A DNA stretch of 64,000 nt. Origin: Bacteroidia bacterium (lineage in GTDB: Bacteria > Bacteroidota > Bacteroidia > UKL13-3). This document shows positions 8,574 to 19,451 of this stretch, piece after piece. The notes under the pieces were generated by a model. The model did not search any database. It was not told where the DNA came from and saw only the letters and a list, made by a program, of their open reading frames with translations. Numbering within the stretch: the first letter of the stretch is position 1; every line of letters begins with the position of its first letter. The stretch spans positions 4,946 to 68,945 of the forward strand of contig JAKLJI010000004.1 of NCBI GenBank assembly GCA_023151275.1. The letters are read 5' to 3'. The position numbers and the translations under genes are program-made.

Positions 8574-9935
8574 ATGTTGATGCATGAATTGGATGAGCGG
8601 GGATTACACTCTTTAAGGTTGGTAAATACACCCAACCGCTTTAAATATGTGAGGAATTACCTGCTGGGCTTGTTGGCTATTCTACTATCCATTTTATTTC
8701 TGCCCTGGCAACAAAACGTTCGTGGTAAAGGAAAGGTTACCCCGTTTAGTCCGGCTGATCGCCCCCAAACGGTTCCTTCCGTTATTGGTGGACGTATTGA
8801 ACGATGGTTGGTACAAGAAGGACAATTTGTAAAAAAGGGGGATACTATTGCGGTTATCTCGGAGGTAAAGGAGAAGTTTTTTGACCCGAGTTTAATTTCC
8901 AGAACCAATGATCAGATAAAGCGCAAGGAGGAAGCAGTAAATGCAAAGTATCAAAAAATTGAGGCTACTCAGAAGCAGGTTCAAGCGTTGAAAAGTGGTT
9001 TGAGAATTAAGTTGGAGCAGACCCGAAACAAGGTAAAGCAAATGCGCTTTAAAGTGGAAGCAGAACGGGCATCTTTTGAAGCTGCCAAGGTGAATTTAAA
9101 ATTGGCTCAAGACCAATACACGCGTTTAGAAAGTTTGTTTAATAAAGGTCTGGCTTCTTTAACTGAATTGCAAAACCGGAATAATAAAACCCAAGAGGCC
9201 AATGCCAAATTGGTTGAGGCAGAGAACAAATACAATTCGGTACAGAACGAGTTAATCAACGCAGAAATTGAATTGAATGCCGTGGAGGCCGATTACATTG
9301 ATAAAATTTCAAAAGCCGAAAGCTCGGTGAATGAAACTGCCGGAGAAGTTTTTGAATCGCAGGCAGAAATTTTAAAGATGCGCATTGAATTGAGCAACTT
9401 ACAACTTCGTTCAGGATTTTACGTGATTCGTGCTCCACAAAATGGGTATATTGTAAAAGCCTTGCGTTCAGGTTTAGGCGAAAACATTAAGGAAGGCGAG
9501 AACTTGGTTACCATTATGCCCGCTAATGCGCGAATGGCGGTAGAATTGTATGTTCAGGCTCTTGATTTGCCCTTGATGCACAAAGGAGTAAAAGTACGTG
9601 TTCAGTTTGATGGATGGCCGGCTTTGGTTTTCTCGGGTTGGCCTAATGTATCGGTAGGTACTTTTGGGGGTGTAGTTGCAGCCGTAGATCGCGTAAATTC
9701 CTCAAACGGACTTTTTAGGGTACTGGTAACACCAGACCCGGATGATGAGCCTTGGCCCGACTTGGTGCGAGCCGGTGGCGGAGTATATGGTTGGGCTATG
9801 TTAAATCGCGTAAGGGTTTGGTACGAATTGTGGCGTCAGTTTAATGGCTTCCCTCCAGATTTTGTTCAACTGCTGGAACAGCCAGCTAAAGGTGAAAAAT
9901 CGCAAATGGACAAAGGGAAGGAGGCTGAAAAGTGA
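8574..9935 (+). CDS. HlyD-family membrane fusion/secretion protein
   Basis: A single N-terminal TM helix (YLLGLLAILLSILFLPW) is followed by long coiled coils and a C-terminal beta-domain. It overlaps the upstream ABC gene and the downstream TolC gene; the track start is TTG 8556. Confidence 0.8.
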   Translation: MLMHELDERGLHSLRLVNTPNRFKYVRNYLLGLLAILLSILFLPWQQNVRGKGKVTPFSPADRPQTVPSVIGGRIERWLVQEGQFVKKGDTIAVISEVKEKFFDPSLISRTNDQIKRKEEAVNAKYQKIEATQKQVQALKSGLRIKLEQTRNKVKQMRFKVEAERASFEAAKVNLKLAQDQYTRLESLFNKGLASLTELQNRNNKTQEANAKLVEAENKYNSVQNELINAEIELNAVEADYIDKISKAESSVNETAGEVFESQAEILKMRIELSNLQLRSGFYVIRAPQNGYIVKALRSGLGENIKEGENLVTIMPANARMAVELYVQALDLPLMHKGVKVRVQFDGWPALVFSGWPNVSVGTFGGVVAAVDRVNSSNGLFRVLVTPDPDDEPWPDLVRAGGGVYGWAMLNRVRVWYELWRQFNGFPPDFVQLLEQPAKGEKSQMDKGKEAEK

Positions 9936-11356
9936 GGTTGGTCTTATTATTTTCTCTCCTCAGTTTTCAGGTATCAGCTCAACTTTCTGATTCCTTGGTG
10001 TTCAATGCGTTTTATTCCTTGGTAATGCGGAATCATCCGGTGGCCAAGCAGGCTGCCTTATTGCCCGAAATGGCAAGAAGCGAAATTCGGAGTGCACGGG
10101 GCGCTTTTGATCCCATTCTTCAAACCGAGTTACGCGGCAAAACTACCAAGGGAGATGAGTCTTACACCTATTTGCAGCCACAACTAAAAATGGCTACCCG
10201 GCTTGGCGTTGAGTTGAAGGCGGGAATGGACCAAAGTTCTGGTCCCGCAATTAGCCGAGAGTATGCTAAAATTGACCCAACTACGAATCTTCCTGTTGTG
10301 GCCAACTACCAATTGCTTTATGCAGGGGTGAATGTTCCCTTGTTACGAGGTATGTTCACTGATCAACGCCGAACTGAGCTTCAAAAAGCCAAATTGGTTT
10401 TGCAAATGAACGAAGCGGAGCAGGTTAAAGAAATCAACAAGTTGTTTTTGAAGGCTGCCAAAGAATTTTGGAGTTGGCAAGCGGCCTATGCACGCAATCA
10501 ACTCATGAAAAAAAACCTGGATTTGGCAGAAAACCGTTTGAGTTTTATTCGCAATCGCATCTTGGGTGGTGAAGAAAAACCCATTGATAGTGTTGAAGCT
10601 TTGGTTGAATACCGGCGTCGTGAAGCGCTCCTGAAAGAATCGGAATTGGATTTGCGGAATGCCGTGCTTGAATTGTCGAATTATTTGTGGGACGATGATG
10701 GCAATCCCATTCAATTGCCTTTTTCTATGCGGCCTTCTGAGGTTGGCATGGAGCGTGTTCTCATTAGTTCTGATTCATTGGGGACCTTAGTTAGGGGAGT
10801 TGATGAATTGCATCCTGAAGTGCAGAAGTTCCGTGTTAAATTGCAACAGGCTCGAGTTGAGCGAAGATTATCCGCTGAGAATTTAAAACCTCAGCTAAAT
10901 GTGGAGTATTATCCGTTTCAAACCTATACCAATAACAAGCAAGATGTGGTGCCCGGCTTGTTTGAAAAGAACTACAAGTTTGGCTTGAGTTTTTATTCCA
11001 GTTTGTTTCTGCGCAAAGAGCGCGGAAAATTCCAATTAACTGGACTTAAAATTCGCGATGCAGAACTTGATTTAAAACAGGGTAGAAGAGAGCTTAGCAA
11101 CCAAGTAGTTATTGCATACAACGAACTGGAAAACTGGAAGCAATTGCTTGAAATTCAAGACGACTTGGTGAAAAATGCCCGCTGGATGCGTGAAGCTGAG
11201 GAAGCACGGTTTGAAGCCGGTGAAAGTTCCTTGTTTTTGGTCAATCAACGCGAGCGAGCGCTAATTGAGGCTCAGGTGAAGCAGGTTGAACTCAATGCCA
11301 AATATGCATCAGCCAAATACCAGTTGCAATTTGCTTCGGGACGTAGGTTGTGGTAA
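9932..11356 (+). CDS. TolC-family outer membrane efflux protein
   Basis: Signal peptide MRLVLLFSLLSFQVSAQ. Two-repeat alpha/beta-barrel TolC-like layout. The GTG start overlaps the HlyD stop, consistent with a T1SS operon. Confidence 0.75.
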   Translation: MRLVLLFSLLSFQVSAQLSDSLVFNAFYSLVMRNHPVAKQAALLPEMARSEIRSARGAFDPILQTELRGKTTKGDESYTYLQPQLKMATRLGVELKAGMDQSSGPAISREYAKIDPTTNLPVVANYQLLYAGVNVPLLRGMFTDQRRTELQKAKLVLQMNEAEQVKEINKLFLKAAKEFWSWQAAYARNQLMKKNLDLAENRLSFIRNRILGGEEKPIDSVEALVEYRRREALLKESELDLRNAVLELSNYLWDDDGNPIQLPFSMRPSEVGMERVLISSDSLGTLVRGVDELHPEVQKFRVKLQQARVERRLSAENLKPQLNVEYYPFQTYTNNKQDVVPGLFEKNYKFGLSFYSSLFLRKERGKFQLTGLKIRDAELDLKQGRRELSNQVVIAYNELENWKQLLEIQDDLVKNARWMREAEEARFEAGESSLFLVNQRERALIEAQVKQVELNAKYASAKYQLQFASGRRLW

Positions 11357-11527
11357 GGGTTTCTAGATTGGAGTTTAACTAATTAATATCAGGCTGAAAG
11401 TAGTTTAATTTAAAATGGTTTAATCTTAATTCAGCAAACAATAAGGAAATCCATTTTTTATCCTTGCTTGAATTTATTTAGCAAATCTGAAACTTCTAGT
11501 TTTTTCTTTGCTCTTCTAATAGGTTAG

Positions 11528-12193
11528 TCAGCTAACTTTATTGTTATCCCGCATGTATCCAATAATCAAATTGTCAATCGACTTGGATTTATACTTATTC
11601 CAATTCCATCGATCTACTTTTATTTTATTGAAGTCATAGGAGTGTGCAAAAGAGTTAAACTGGAATAGTATTTTGCAATAGAGATCAAATTGTTTGTTTA
11701 TTTCCTGTGGGATATTTCCATGACCGAAAAAGAAATTTAGTGTGTAGCGCCTGTCAATTGGCATTAGTAATTCCGGAAGAAAAAAATGAATTAATTTAGA
11801 GAATGTAACAAGTCCTGCCTTTGTTTCTACCAAGGTCATATTGTAGAACAGCTGCCTTATTTTTTCTAGCTCTGAAATATTAATAGTGGAATCTTCGATT
11901 TTGATTTCTGATAAACCTTTGATAAAATTCTTGTTTTTTATTATTGAATGTTTGAAAGTTTTAAAATCAATCAATTTCGCTCCACGAGTATTCATATTCC
12001 AAGCTTTAAGAATAATGTAGCATAACTCAATAAATTCATTACTAAACTTTTCTTCAAATGAATATGCACAAATTTCGCGATATAAATAAATTCCTGGGTC
12101 TAAGTATTCCTGCTCAATTAAAGAATGATTTGCCCATTTTGGTATTTTGGAAATATTTTCAGAATTCAAAAAAAAGGTTTTCAAGTCCTTCAT
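11528..12193 (-). CDS. hypothetical protein (no recognised domain) in a low-GC island
   Basis: 221 aa. AT-rich codon usage distinct from its neighbours. No signal peptide. Confidence 0.4.
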   Translation of the reverse strand: MKDLKTFFLNSENISKIPKWANHSLIEQEYLDPGIYLYREICAYSFEEKFSNEFIELCYIILKAWNMNTRGAKLIDFKTFKHSIIKNKNFIKGLSEIKIEDSTINISELEKIRQLFYNMTLVETKAGLVTFSKLIHFFLPELLMPIDRRYTLNFFFGHGNIPQEINKQFDLYCKILFQFNSFAHSYDFNKIKVDRWNWNKYKSKSIDNLIIGYMRDNNKVS

Positions 12194-12194
12194 T

Positions 12195-12449
12195 TTATTT
12201 TTTCAATTGATCCATAATACCTCCGATTTTTGAACCGTGAGCATTTATTATAGCATAATTTTCATAAATGCGAATTGTCACAGGTCCACTAGCAAGGCCT
12301 GCTTTTATTGTTGGGCTGAATGACATAAAATTTTCAGAATTTACATCATTCTTAAATCCTGCTTCTGTTACTACGAATAAGGCATTTTGAATAAAGGCTT
12401 GCTTGTCTGTAAACTCAATCTTTTCTTCCTTCTTTCCAATCATCAGCAT
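12195..12449 (-). CDS. hypothetical small protein; the in-frame upstream sequence encodes a TM helix
   Basis: 84 aa from the ATG. The in-frame upstream sequence encodes KIFAILIAVAIGAIIMLMIGKK, so there may be a non-ATG start or a membrane anchor. It sits 1 nt from the 221-aa gene, so the two are probably co-transcribed. Confidence 0.3.
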   Translation of the reverse strand: MLMIGKKEEKIEFTDKQAFIQNALFVVTEAGFKNDVNSENFMSFSPTIKAGLASGPVTIRIYENYAIINAHGSKIGGIMDQLKK

Positions 12450-12579
12450 TATGATTGCCCCAATAGCAACTGCAATTAATATCGCAAAAATCTTAGTCGT
12501 TAAAATTTTAAGTTAAAATTTTGTTTCCTTAGTTTGTGTTAATGAATAATATGAATTTGGGTTAGACCTACTATTGTTT

Positions 12580-13536
12580 TTAAAAAACCTGACTTGCTAT
12601 GGCCTTAGTGGTTTCTGCAAGTCCCATGGTATAGTAATGCAATACCGGAACATGGGCTGCTTTTAATTCCTTCGACTGTTGAATAGCCCATTCAATTCCA
12701 ACCTGTTTTACTGCTTTTTCGTCTTTGCAGGCTTCTACTGCATTTACCAAATCTTCAGGAAGATCGATATGGAAAATCTTCGGCAAAACAGTTAGTTGTT
12801 TGCGGGTGGTAAGCGGTTTAATGCCTGGAATAATAGGTATGGTGATTCCCATTTCACGGCATTTGTTTACAAACTCAAAATATTTTTCGTTGTTGAAAAA
12901 CATTTGAGTTACGATATAATCAGCACCGGCATCTACTTTTTGTTTCAACCAGGCCATGTCTTTGGCCATATTGGGCGCTTCAAAATGCTTCTCGGGATAT
13001 CCTGAAACCCCAATACAGAATGATGAAACAGCCGGGTTTTCGAGTTCGGGGTCCAGGTATTGACCTTGGTTCATTTTCACCACTTGCTGCAAGAGTTCGA
13101 GCGAGGTTTTATTTCCATCCGGTTCTGGAACAAAGTTGCTTTCGTTTTTGATGTTGTCACCGCGTAATGCCAACACATTGTCAATCCCTAAGAAGTGCAA
13201 ATCTATCAATGCGTTTTCGGTTTCTTCTTTCGAGAAACCACCGCAAATAAGATGAGGAACTGTGTCAATATGGTACTTGTTCATCAATGCCGCGCAAATG
13301 GCAACTGTACCCGGACGTTTGCGGGTATACACTTTATCAAATCCTCCGTCTTTGCGTTTCCGCAGAACAAATTCCTCCCGGTGGTAGGTTACATCTACAA
13401 ATGCCGGCTTAAATTCCATTAAAGGGTCAATTCCGGTGAAAATGCTGTGGATGTCTTTGCCTTTTAATGGAGGGAGAATTTCAATGGAAAAAAGGGTTTT
13501 GCCATTTGCCTGAGCTATATGTTCTGTAACTTTCAT
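12580..13536 (-). CDS. metF: 5,10-methylenetetrahydrofolate reductase
   Basis: 318 aa, with a MetF-type TIM-barrel fold and typical conservation. Confidence 0.9.
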   Translation of the reverse strand: MKVTEHIAQANGKTLFSIEILPPLKGKDIHSIFTGIDPLMEFKPAFVDVTYHREEFVLRKRKDGGFDKVYTRKRPGTVAICAALMNKYHIDTVPHLICGGFSKEETENALIDLHFLGIDNVLALRGDNIKNESNFVPEPDGNKTSLELLQQVVKMNQGQYLDPELENPAVSSFCIGVSGYPEKHFEAPNMAKDMAWLKQKVDAGADYIVTQMFFNNEKYFEFVNKCREMGITIPIIPGIKPLTTRKQLTVLPKIFHIDLPEDLVNAVEACKDEKAVKQVGIEWAIQQSKELKAAHVPVLHYYTMGLAETTKAIASQVF

Positions 13537-13596
13537 GTGGTTTAATTCAAGCCTGTTAAATTAAGAAATGCCTGTGAAAATTGGTGTTGTATTGAA

Positions 13597-14598
13597 TTAT
13601 TTTTGATTGTCGAGTACAATCTTCCCAAATTGCTTGCCTTCGTCCATGTGACGCATGGCCTTTTCTGCTTGTGAGAGCGGGAATACGGAGTCAACAACCG
13701 GCGTTATTTTATGCTGATTCACGAAGGAAACCATTTCCTTAAATTCGTCATCGTTGCCCATGGTTGAGCCTAAAATATCCAATTGTTTCCAGAAAATTTT
13801 AGCCGGAACACCACTGTTAAACGGACCCAAGGTTGCGCCATAAAATGCAATTCTACCGCCAGGTTTGGCCATATCAATCAGTTTAGAAAACTGCTCTCCA
13901 CAGGCTGAGTCGACGGTAGCATCAAAACCTCCACTTAGGCTTTGCAATTCTTTGTGCCAGTTTTCGCTTTTGTAATTCACACCACCTTTTGCGCCCATGG
14001 CAATGGCTTTTTCCAACTTTTCGTCGGAGCCGGAACTTACAAAAACCTGAGCACCTGCGGCTATGGCAAATTGCATCGACAACAGGGCAACGCCACCTCC
14101 AATACCCGTTACAAGGACAGTTTCTCCGGCTTTTACCGCTGCTCTTTTCATGGTAGCTCTAAATCCGGTTAAGCCTGCCAGAGGCAAAGCTGCGGCCTGT
14201 TCTGCGGATAAATGCGCTGGTTTTTCGGCAAGTAAGCGCTCGGAAATAGCAACTTGTCCTGCGAATGTTCCGTTTTTCGGCAAACCCAAAATTACATAAT
14301 CTTTGGCTTGTACTCGAGGATTAGAACCCCAATTCAAGGATGGATTCATTATAACCTCCTTGCCAATCCAATTTGTGTGGTTTGTGTTTTGAACGACTGA
14401 TACTGTTCCACAGCCATCGCTGCCCAGAATAATCGGAAATTTTAAACCGGCATATTGGCCTTTTTGAATCCAAACATCCCGGTGGTTAAGAGCGGATGCT
14501 TTTACATCCACCAGGACTTCATTTTCAAGTAATTCAGGCGCGGTTGTTTCTTCAAAAACCAGAGCCTCATTAATTCCTTTTAGTATTGCTGCTTTCAT
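13597..14598 (-). CDS. MDR-superfamily NAD(P)H quinone oxidoreductase / zinc-type alcohol-dehydrogenase-like protein
   Basis: 333 aa. GroES-like N-terminal domain plus a Rossmann GxGxxG (VTGIGGGVA). Confidence 0.8.
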   Translation of the reverse strand: MKAAILKGINEALVFEETTAPELLENEVLVDVKASALNHRDVWIQKGQYAGLKFPIILGSDGCGTVSVVQNTNHTNWIGKEVIMNPSLNWGSNPRVQAKDYVILGLPKNGTFAGQVAISERLLAEKPAHLSAEQAAALPLAGLTGFRATMKRAAVKAGETVLVTGIGGGVALLSMQFAIAAGAQVFVSSGSDEKLEKAIAMGAKGGVNYKSENWHKELQSLSGGFDATVDSACGEQFSKLIDMAKPGGRIAFYGATLGPFNSGVPAKIFWKQLDILGSTMGNDDEFKEMVSFVNQHKITPVVDSVFPLSQAEKAMRHMDEGKQFGKIVLDNQK

Positions 14599-14604
14599 GT
14601 GCGT

Positions 14605-16914
14605 TTAATGGATAAATACAAATTTACCGGCATAAGATGTATTGCCTTCTTCATCGGCTGCCATAACCAGGTAAACCCCGGTTGATGCCCTTTTGCCGTT
14701 TACCGTTCTGCCATTCCAGGTTGCAGTTCCTCCGTTGGCTGTGGTTTCGTACACCAGGTTTCCGCTGATATCTGTAATTTTAACAATAGCATTTTTAACC
14801 AAACCCCGAATGGTGATATCGCCATCAAATTCAGGCCTTACCGGGTTTGGAAATATTTTTACGTTTTTAAATTCTTCTTCACCCTTAGTGGCATCTGCCA
14901 CATACGAGATCATGCCCTTTTCGGTTCCAAAAAATACTTCTCCACTTTCTTCATCAATGCCAATTTCCAATACATTATTGGAAAGTAAAGGGGAGTTGGC
15001 AGTGGTGAAATTTTTGAGAACGGTGTATCCATCAGGCGAAACCAATACCACACCATTTTTAGTGCCTATCCATTTTCTGTTTGCAGGGTCAACCTTGATG
15101 CAATTGATGGCTTCTTTACCCAGGAAAACTTCATAGTTTGACCCAACCTGAATTATGATCTGTCTGGCATCGTAAGAGGCGTTTTTGGTGTTGAAAATCA
15201 TACCCGGGTTTGAAAAAATGCATAAACCCTCGCTGGTTCCTACCCACATTTCTCCTCGCTGGTCTAAAGTCATGCATAAAACAGTATTGCTTGGCAAAGC
15301 ACCTTGTCCCGCTTCCGTTGTTAATAATTTATAGGTATCATCATTGGGATTATCGGGTGTGCCTGCATGATTATAAACCAAAATGCCTTTGTCTTTCAGC
15401 GTATTGGTCCAAACATTGTTGTATTCATCGCAGGTAACCCAACCAATTTCGTTACCGAGCAATAAGGTTCCAATGGAGAAGGCGGTCCATCCGTTTCTGC
15501 TTTTTACACTGAGGGGTTTTGGGTTGCCAAAATTGCTTACCCATAAATTCCCATAACTGTCAAAATCCATACCTCCTGCCAGCAAAGGACGGTAGTTGGG
15601 GTCGGCAGAAACAGTTCGTTGAAGTGTACTATTGGTTTCATCGTAGAAGTTAACAATGGCATCATTTTCCATTTCAAAAATCCCGGTTCCATAACTGCTA
15701 ATGAAAATCCGGTTCGAAAACGGATTTTTCTTGATGTCGATGAAATCTCGCGCAGGCTCTATTTTGGGATGGTCTTTTGCTGAGTAGTTGTACCATTGCC
15801 CGTATTGGTAGCGCGAGAATTTGGTGTTGTTGTACTCAAGCGGACTCCAAACATCGTTTACGTAGCCACCGGTTACATACAAGCGCTTATCGAAGTAAAG
15901 CATTTTGGAAACTGTTTTTCCTGCCGGACCACCCGGTACATAATAATCTACATTGCCTTGGTCGGTGCGATCAATGGTTAAACCAAATTGATTGTCGACC
16001 ATAGCTAAAAAGCCACGGCTATCGTAAACGGCATCATTTCTAAATGAAAACGGTTTTTTGATAATACTTCCGTCTGGTTTTTGGGTAATAATTTCCTCAT
16101 CGGTTATCACCAACAATTCACCATACGACTCCCGAATTCTTCTTATTTTATTGCTTGATGTATGTGGCCATTTGGTCCAGCCAATTCCATCGTAAACTTG
16201 AACCTGACTATCCAATTCGGCAATTACCTGGTTTTTAAAAACTGCTGCAAACCGGCTATTGGTGCTGGTTTGAGTTCGTGTCCAGAATTTAAAATCAGAA
16301 AGGTTTGGTGCATCTAGTGAAGCGCGGAAAATGCCGTTTTGGCTCAAGGCAAAGATGGATTGCTGATTAATAACGAGGGCTTGAAATTCTACCTGAGCCC
16401 CATTTGGTCCCAAATTCTGATAGGAGTCTGCAATTTGCTTGCGGTTCATATCAACCACAACTACACCAAATGAACAGGCTAGCCAGGCTTGTTCTTCATA
16501 GAAGAAAATATCGTTGATACTTTTTTTGCCGATAATGCTTTTCTGGAGAATGTCGGGAATGTTGTAAATGCTACCGGTTTGATGGTCAAAAACATCGATA
16601 TTGGCGTTGTTGTAAACAATCAAACTCTTTTTTAGCGATGGGTTGTAGCGGAACAGTTTTACTTCTACATCCGAAAATCCTGCGGGTTTACTCAGACGTT
16701 CAATGCTATTGTCGCTTACATCAAAGGTAAACAGGCCACTTAGGGAGCCACAGAATAGCTTTTTATCAACCCGCTCAATGCAAAAATTGCTTTGATAGGG
16801 GAGGTGAACCTGCCAAGTGCCTGGTCCTGCGTTGGTTTGCTGCGCCCTGGATGAAAAAAACTGGAGCTGAAAAAACAGAAAGAATGCTATGGCGAACGAT
16901 TTCATTTTCATCAA
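14605..16914 (-). CDS. two-component-regulator-propeller (Y_Y_Y-like beta-propeller) protein with a T9SS C-terminal sorting domain
   Basis: Signal peptide, then many WD-like repeat segments. The C-terminus KIFPNPVRPEF...GNLVYETTANGG...GKFVFIH is a T9SS-CTD-like sequence. Confidence 0.6.
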   Translation of the reverse strand: MMKMKSFAIAFFLFFQLQFFSSRAQQTNAGPGTWQVHLPYQSNFCIERVDKKLFCGSLSGLFTFDVSDNSIERLSKPAGFSDVEVKLFRYNPSLKKSLIVYNNANIDVFDHQTGSIYNIPDILQKSIIGKKSINDIFFYEEQAWLACSFGVVVVDMNRKQIADSYQNLGPNGAQVEFQALVINQQSIFALSQNGIFRASLDAPNLSDFKFWTRTQTSTNSRFAAVFKNQVIAELDSQVQVYDGIGWTKWPHTSSNKIRRIRESYGELLVITDEEIITQKPDGSIIKKPFSFRNDAVYDSRGFLAMVDNQFGLTIDRTDQGNVDYYVPGGPAGKTVSKMLYFDKRLYVTGGYVNDVWSPLEYNNTKFSRYQYGQWYNYSAKDHPKIEPARDFIDIKKNPFSNRIFISSYGTGIFEMENDAIVNFYDETNSTLQRTVSADPNYRPLLAGGMDFDSYGNLWVSNFGNPKPLSVKSRNGWTAFSIGTLLLGNEIGWVTCDEYNNVWTNTLKDKGILVYNHAGTPDNPNDDTYKLLTTEAGQGALPSNTVLCMTLDQRGEMWVGTSEGLCIFSNPGMIFNTKNASYDARQIIIQVGSNYEVFLGKEAINCIKVDPANRKWIGTKNGVVLVSPDGYTVLKNFTTANSPLLSNNVLEIGIDEESGEVFFGTEKGMISYVADATKGEEEFKNVKIFPNPVRPEFDGDITIRGLVKNAIVKITDISGNLVYETTANGGTATWNGRTVNGKRASTGVYLVMAADEEGNTSYAGKFVFIH

Positions 16915-16955
16915 AACACAAATAAACGGAAACCTTTGGAGGTTTCGTCTTTTGA

Positions 16956-19394
16956 TTGAAGGATTCGCGTCAGGTTAGAATAAAATTAACAGGTTTACAG
17001 AAATTTCAAACTTCATACCCATTCCTTTTTGGTACTTTTGCCCGATTTATGTGGAATACGCTAGGCACTTATGTAATCAGAAACCGTTTTTGGATTTTGG
17101 TTGCCCTTGGACTTCTTACCCTTGGCATGGCATGGTTTGCAACCAAGGTGCAAATGACTTATGATTTTGCCAAGGTAATTCCTCAGGATGACCCTGATTT
17201 TGTGGAGTATGTAAAGTTTAAACAGACTTTTGGGGAGGATGGAAATATTTTGGTCATCGGCGTTCAGCAAAAAGACCTGTTTCAAAAAGAATTTTTTTAC
17301 GATTGGGCCAACTTGTGTAATGATATCGAAAAGATAGATGGGGTAGAGAAAGTTCTTTCCATTACAAAACTTTACAAGCTCCAACGAAACGATTCATTGC
17401 AGAAGCTTGAATTGCAACCGCTGGCTATTGGCACTTTCAAAACACAAAAAGACATTGATTCGCTCAAACAAAAGCTGGAAGAGTTGAAGTTTTACGAGGG
17501 TCTGCTTTACAATCCGGAGAATCAGGTCACTTTGATGGCGGTTACGCTTAAAAAAGATAAACTCGACAGCAAAGCCAGAATTCCTTTGGTGAAAGCAATA
17601 GAAGACAGAGCCAATCAGTTGGGCGAAAAACATCAAACCAAAATTCACTACTCCGGATTGCCTTATGTAAGAACCGTTTTTAGCTCAAAGGTTGCTGAAG
17701 AGATTAAGATATTTACCTACCTCTCTATCCTAGTTACCGCCATATTCATTTTTTTATTTTTCAAGTTCTTTTCGGCAGTATTTTTCTCCTTGATCGTAGT
17801 GGTTATTGGGGTTGTTTTTACTTTAGGGACACTTGGAATTTTCGGCTACAAAATTACATTACTTACAGGTGTACTTCCTCCATTAATGGTAATTATTGGG
17901 GTGCAGAATTGCATTTACCTATTGAATGTGTACCACCAAGAGTTTACACGACATGGTAATAAAATGCTTGCCCTAATCCGATTGATTTCAAAGAATGGAC
18001 TTGCACTCTTTTTAACCAATATCACTACGGCCATTGGATTTGTTGTGTTCAGTTTCTCGGGTTCTTCAGTTCTCGACCAATTTTCGGTGGTGTCGGGAAT
18101 TGTAATCATGGCGATTTATGTGATTTCGTTGGTTTTTATTCCCATTGTATATTCGTATTTACCACCTCCACATCCCCACCATATCAAGCATTTGGATGGC
18201 GTTCGGCTGAATAAAGTATTGGATTATTGCAATTACCTGATTTACAATCACCGGAAAGGAATTTATGGGATTACCGTTTTGTTGCTTTTAGTGTCTGTTT
18301 TTGGGGCATTTCAGGTGAAGAATTTAGGCTATGTGGTTGATGATTTACCCGAATCGGATCCGGTTTACCAGGATTTGAAATTTTTTGAAAAGCATCTCAA
18401 GGGAACGCTACCCTTTGAAATACGGATAGATACCAAAAAGGACGATGGAATTAAGGATTATGTAACTCTTCAAAAGATTAACAAACTTGAGAAGGAATTG
18501 GTAAAGTATCCGGAATTTTCAAGGCCTGTGTCAGTGGTTGATTTTTTGAAATTTGCCAACCAGGCCATGAACGACGGAGATCCCAGGTTTTATGTGGTTC
18601 CAAGTGTAATGGATATTACCAATATTGTGTCGTTTTTGCCCCGGAACAATGGAGGAGCCAATCTGCTGAAGTCGATGGTGGATAGCAATTACAGAGTTGC
18701 CAGGGTAAGTGTTCAAATGGCCGATATTGGTTCACAGGAAATGAAAGTATTGTCTGCTTCGGTTCAAAACAAATTGGATTCCATTTTTCCAAAGGACAAG
18801 TACGAAGTTAAAATTACCGGAACATCAGCCATCTTTTTGAAAGGAAACGATTATTTAATTGAGAACTTAATCGAAAGTATGCTTTGGGCACTTGCACTGA
18901 TTTCGGTTATGATGGCATTCTTATTCTTCTCCTGGAAAATGGTTGTTATTAGTCTTATTCCAAACTTGATACCGTTGGTAATGACCTTTGGTATCATGGG
19001 TTATTTTGATATCCGATTGAAGCCATCAACCATTATTATTTTTAGTATTGCTTATGGAATTGTGATTGATTTTACCATTCACTACCTCGCCAAATACAGG
19101 AACTCACTCAAACGAAACGATTGGGACATGAACAAAGCCATACCTGAAAGTTTGGTGGAAGCAGGTCCGAGTATTATTTATACCGCGGTAGCCCTATTTG
19201 GTGGATTCATCATATTCTCTGCTTCCAATTTTGGGGGTACTGTGGCATTAGGTGTGCTTACCTCGCTGGCCTTGCTCTTTGGTATGTTTATGAATTTGCT
19301 GCTTTTGCCTTCTATGCTACTTTCGCTTGCAAAGAGTATTAATGCCAAAGAAGAGTTCAGCACAGTATTAGTAGATGTAGAGCCAGAAGATTAA
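16956..19394 (+). CDS. MMPL/RND-superfamily exporter (12 TM helices, two large periplasmic loops)
   Basis: 812 aa with duplicated 6-TM SSD-like modules. Confidence 0.7.
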   Translation: MKDSRQVRIKLTGLQKFQTSYPFLFGTFARFMWNTLGTYVIRNRFWILVALGLLTLGMAWFATKVQMTYDFAKVIPQDDPDFVEYVKFKQTFGEDGNILVIGVQQKDLFQKEFFYDWANLCNDIEKIDGVEKVLSITKLYKLQRNDSLQKLELQPLAIGTFKTQKDIDSLKQKLEELKFYEGLLYNPENQVTLMAVTLKKDKLDSKARIPLVKAIEDRANQLGEKHQTKIHYSGLPYVRTVFSSKVAEEIKIFTYLSILVTAIFIFLFFKFFSAVFFSLIVVVIGVVFTLGTLGIFGYKITLLTGVLPPLMVIIGVQNCIYLLNVYHQEFTRHGNKMLALIRLISKNGLALFLTNITTAIGFVVFSFSGSSVLDQFSVVSGIVIMAIYVISLVFIPIVYSYLPPPHPHHIKHLDGVRLNKVLDYCNYLIYNHRKGIYGITVLLLLVSVFGAFQVKNLGYVVDDLPESDPVYQDLKFFEKHLKGTLPFEIRIDTKKDDGIKDYVTLQKINKLEKELVKYPEFSRPVSVVDFLKFANQAMNDGDPRFYVVPSVMDITNIVSFLPRNNGGANLLKSMVDSNYRVARVSVQMADIGSQEMKVLSASVQNKLDSIFPKDKYEVKITGTSAIFLKGNDYLIENLIESMLWALALISVMMAFLFFSWKMVVISLIPNLIPLVMTFGIMGYFDIRLKPSTIIIFSIAYGIVIDFTIHYLAKYRNSLKRNDWDMNKAIPESLVEAGPSIIYTAVALFGGFIIFSASNFGGTVALGVLTSLALLFGMFMNLLLLPSMLLSLAKSINAKEEFSTVLVDVEPED

Positions 19395-19451
19395 AAGATT
19401 ATTAGATAAAATTTTAATTGACTGCGCGTTTAAAAAAAGTAAATTTGGTAC

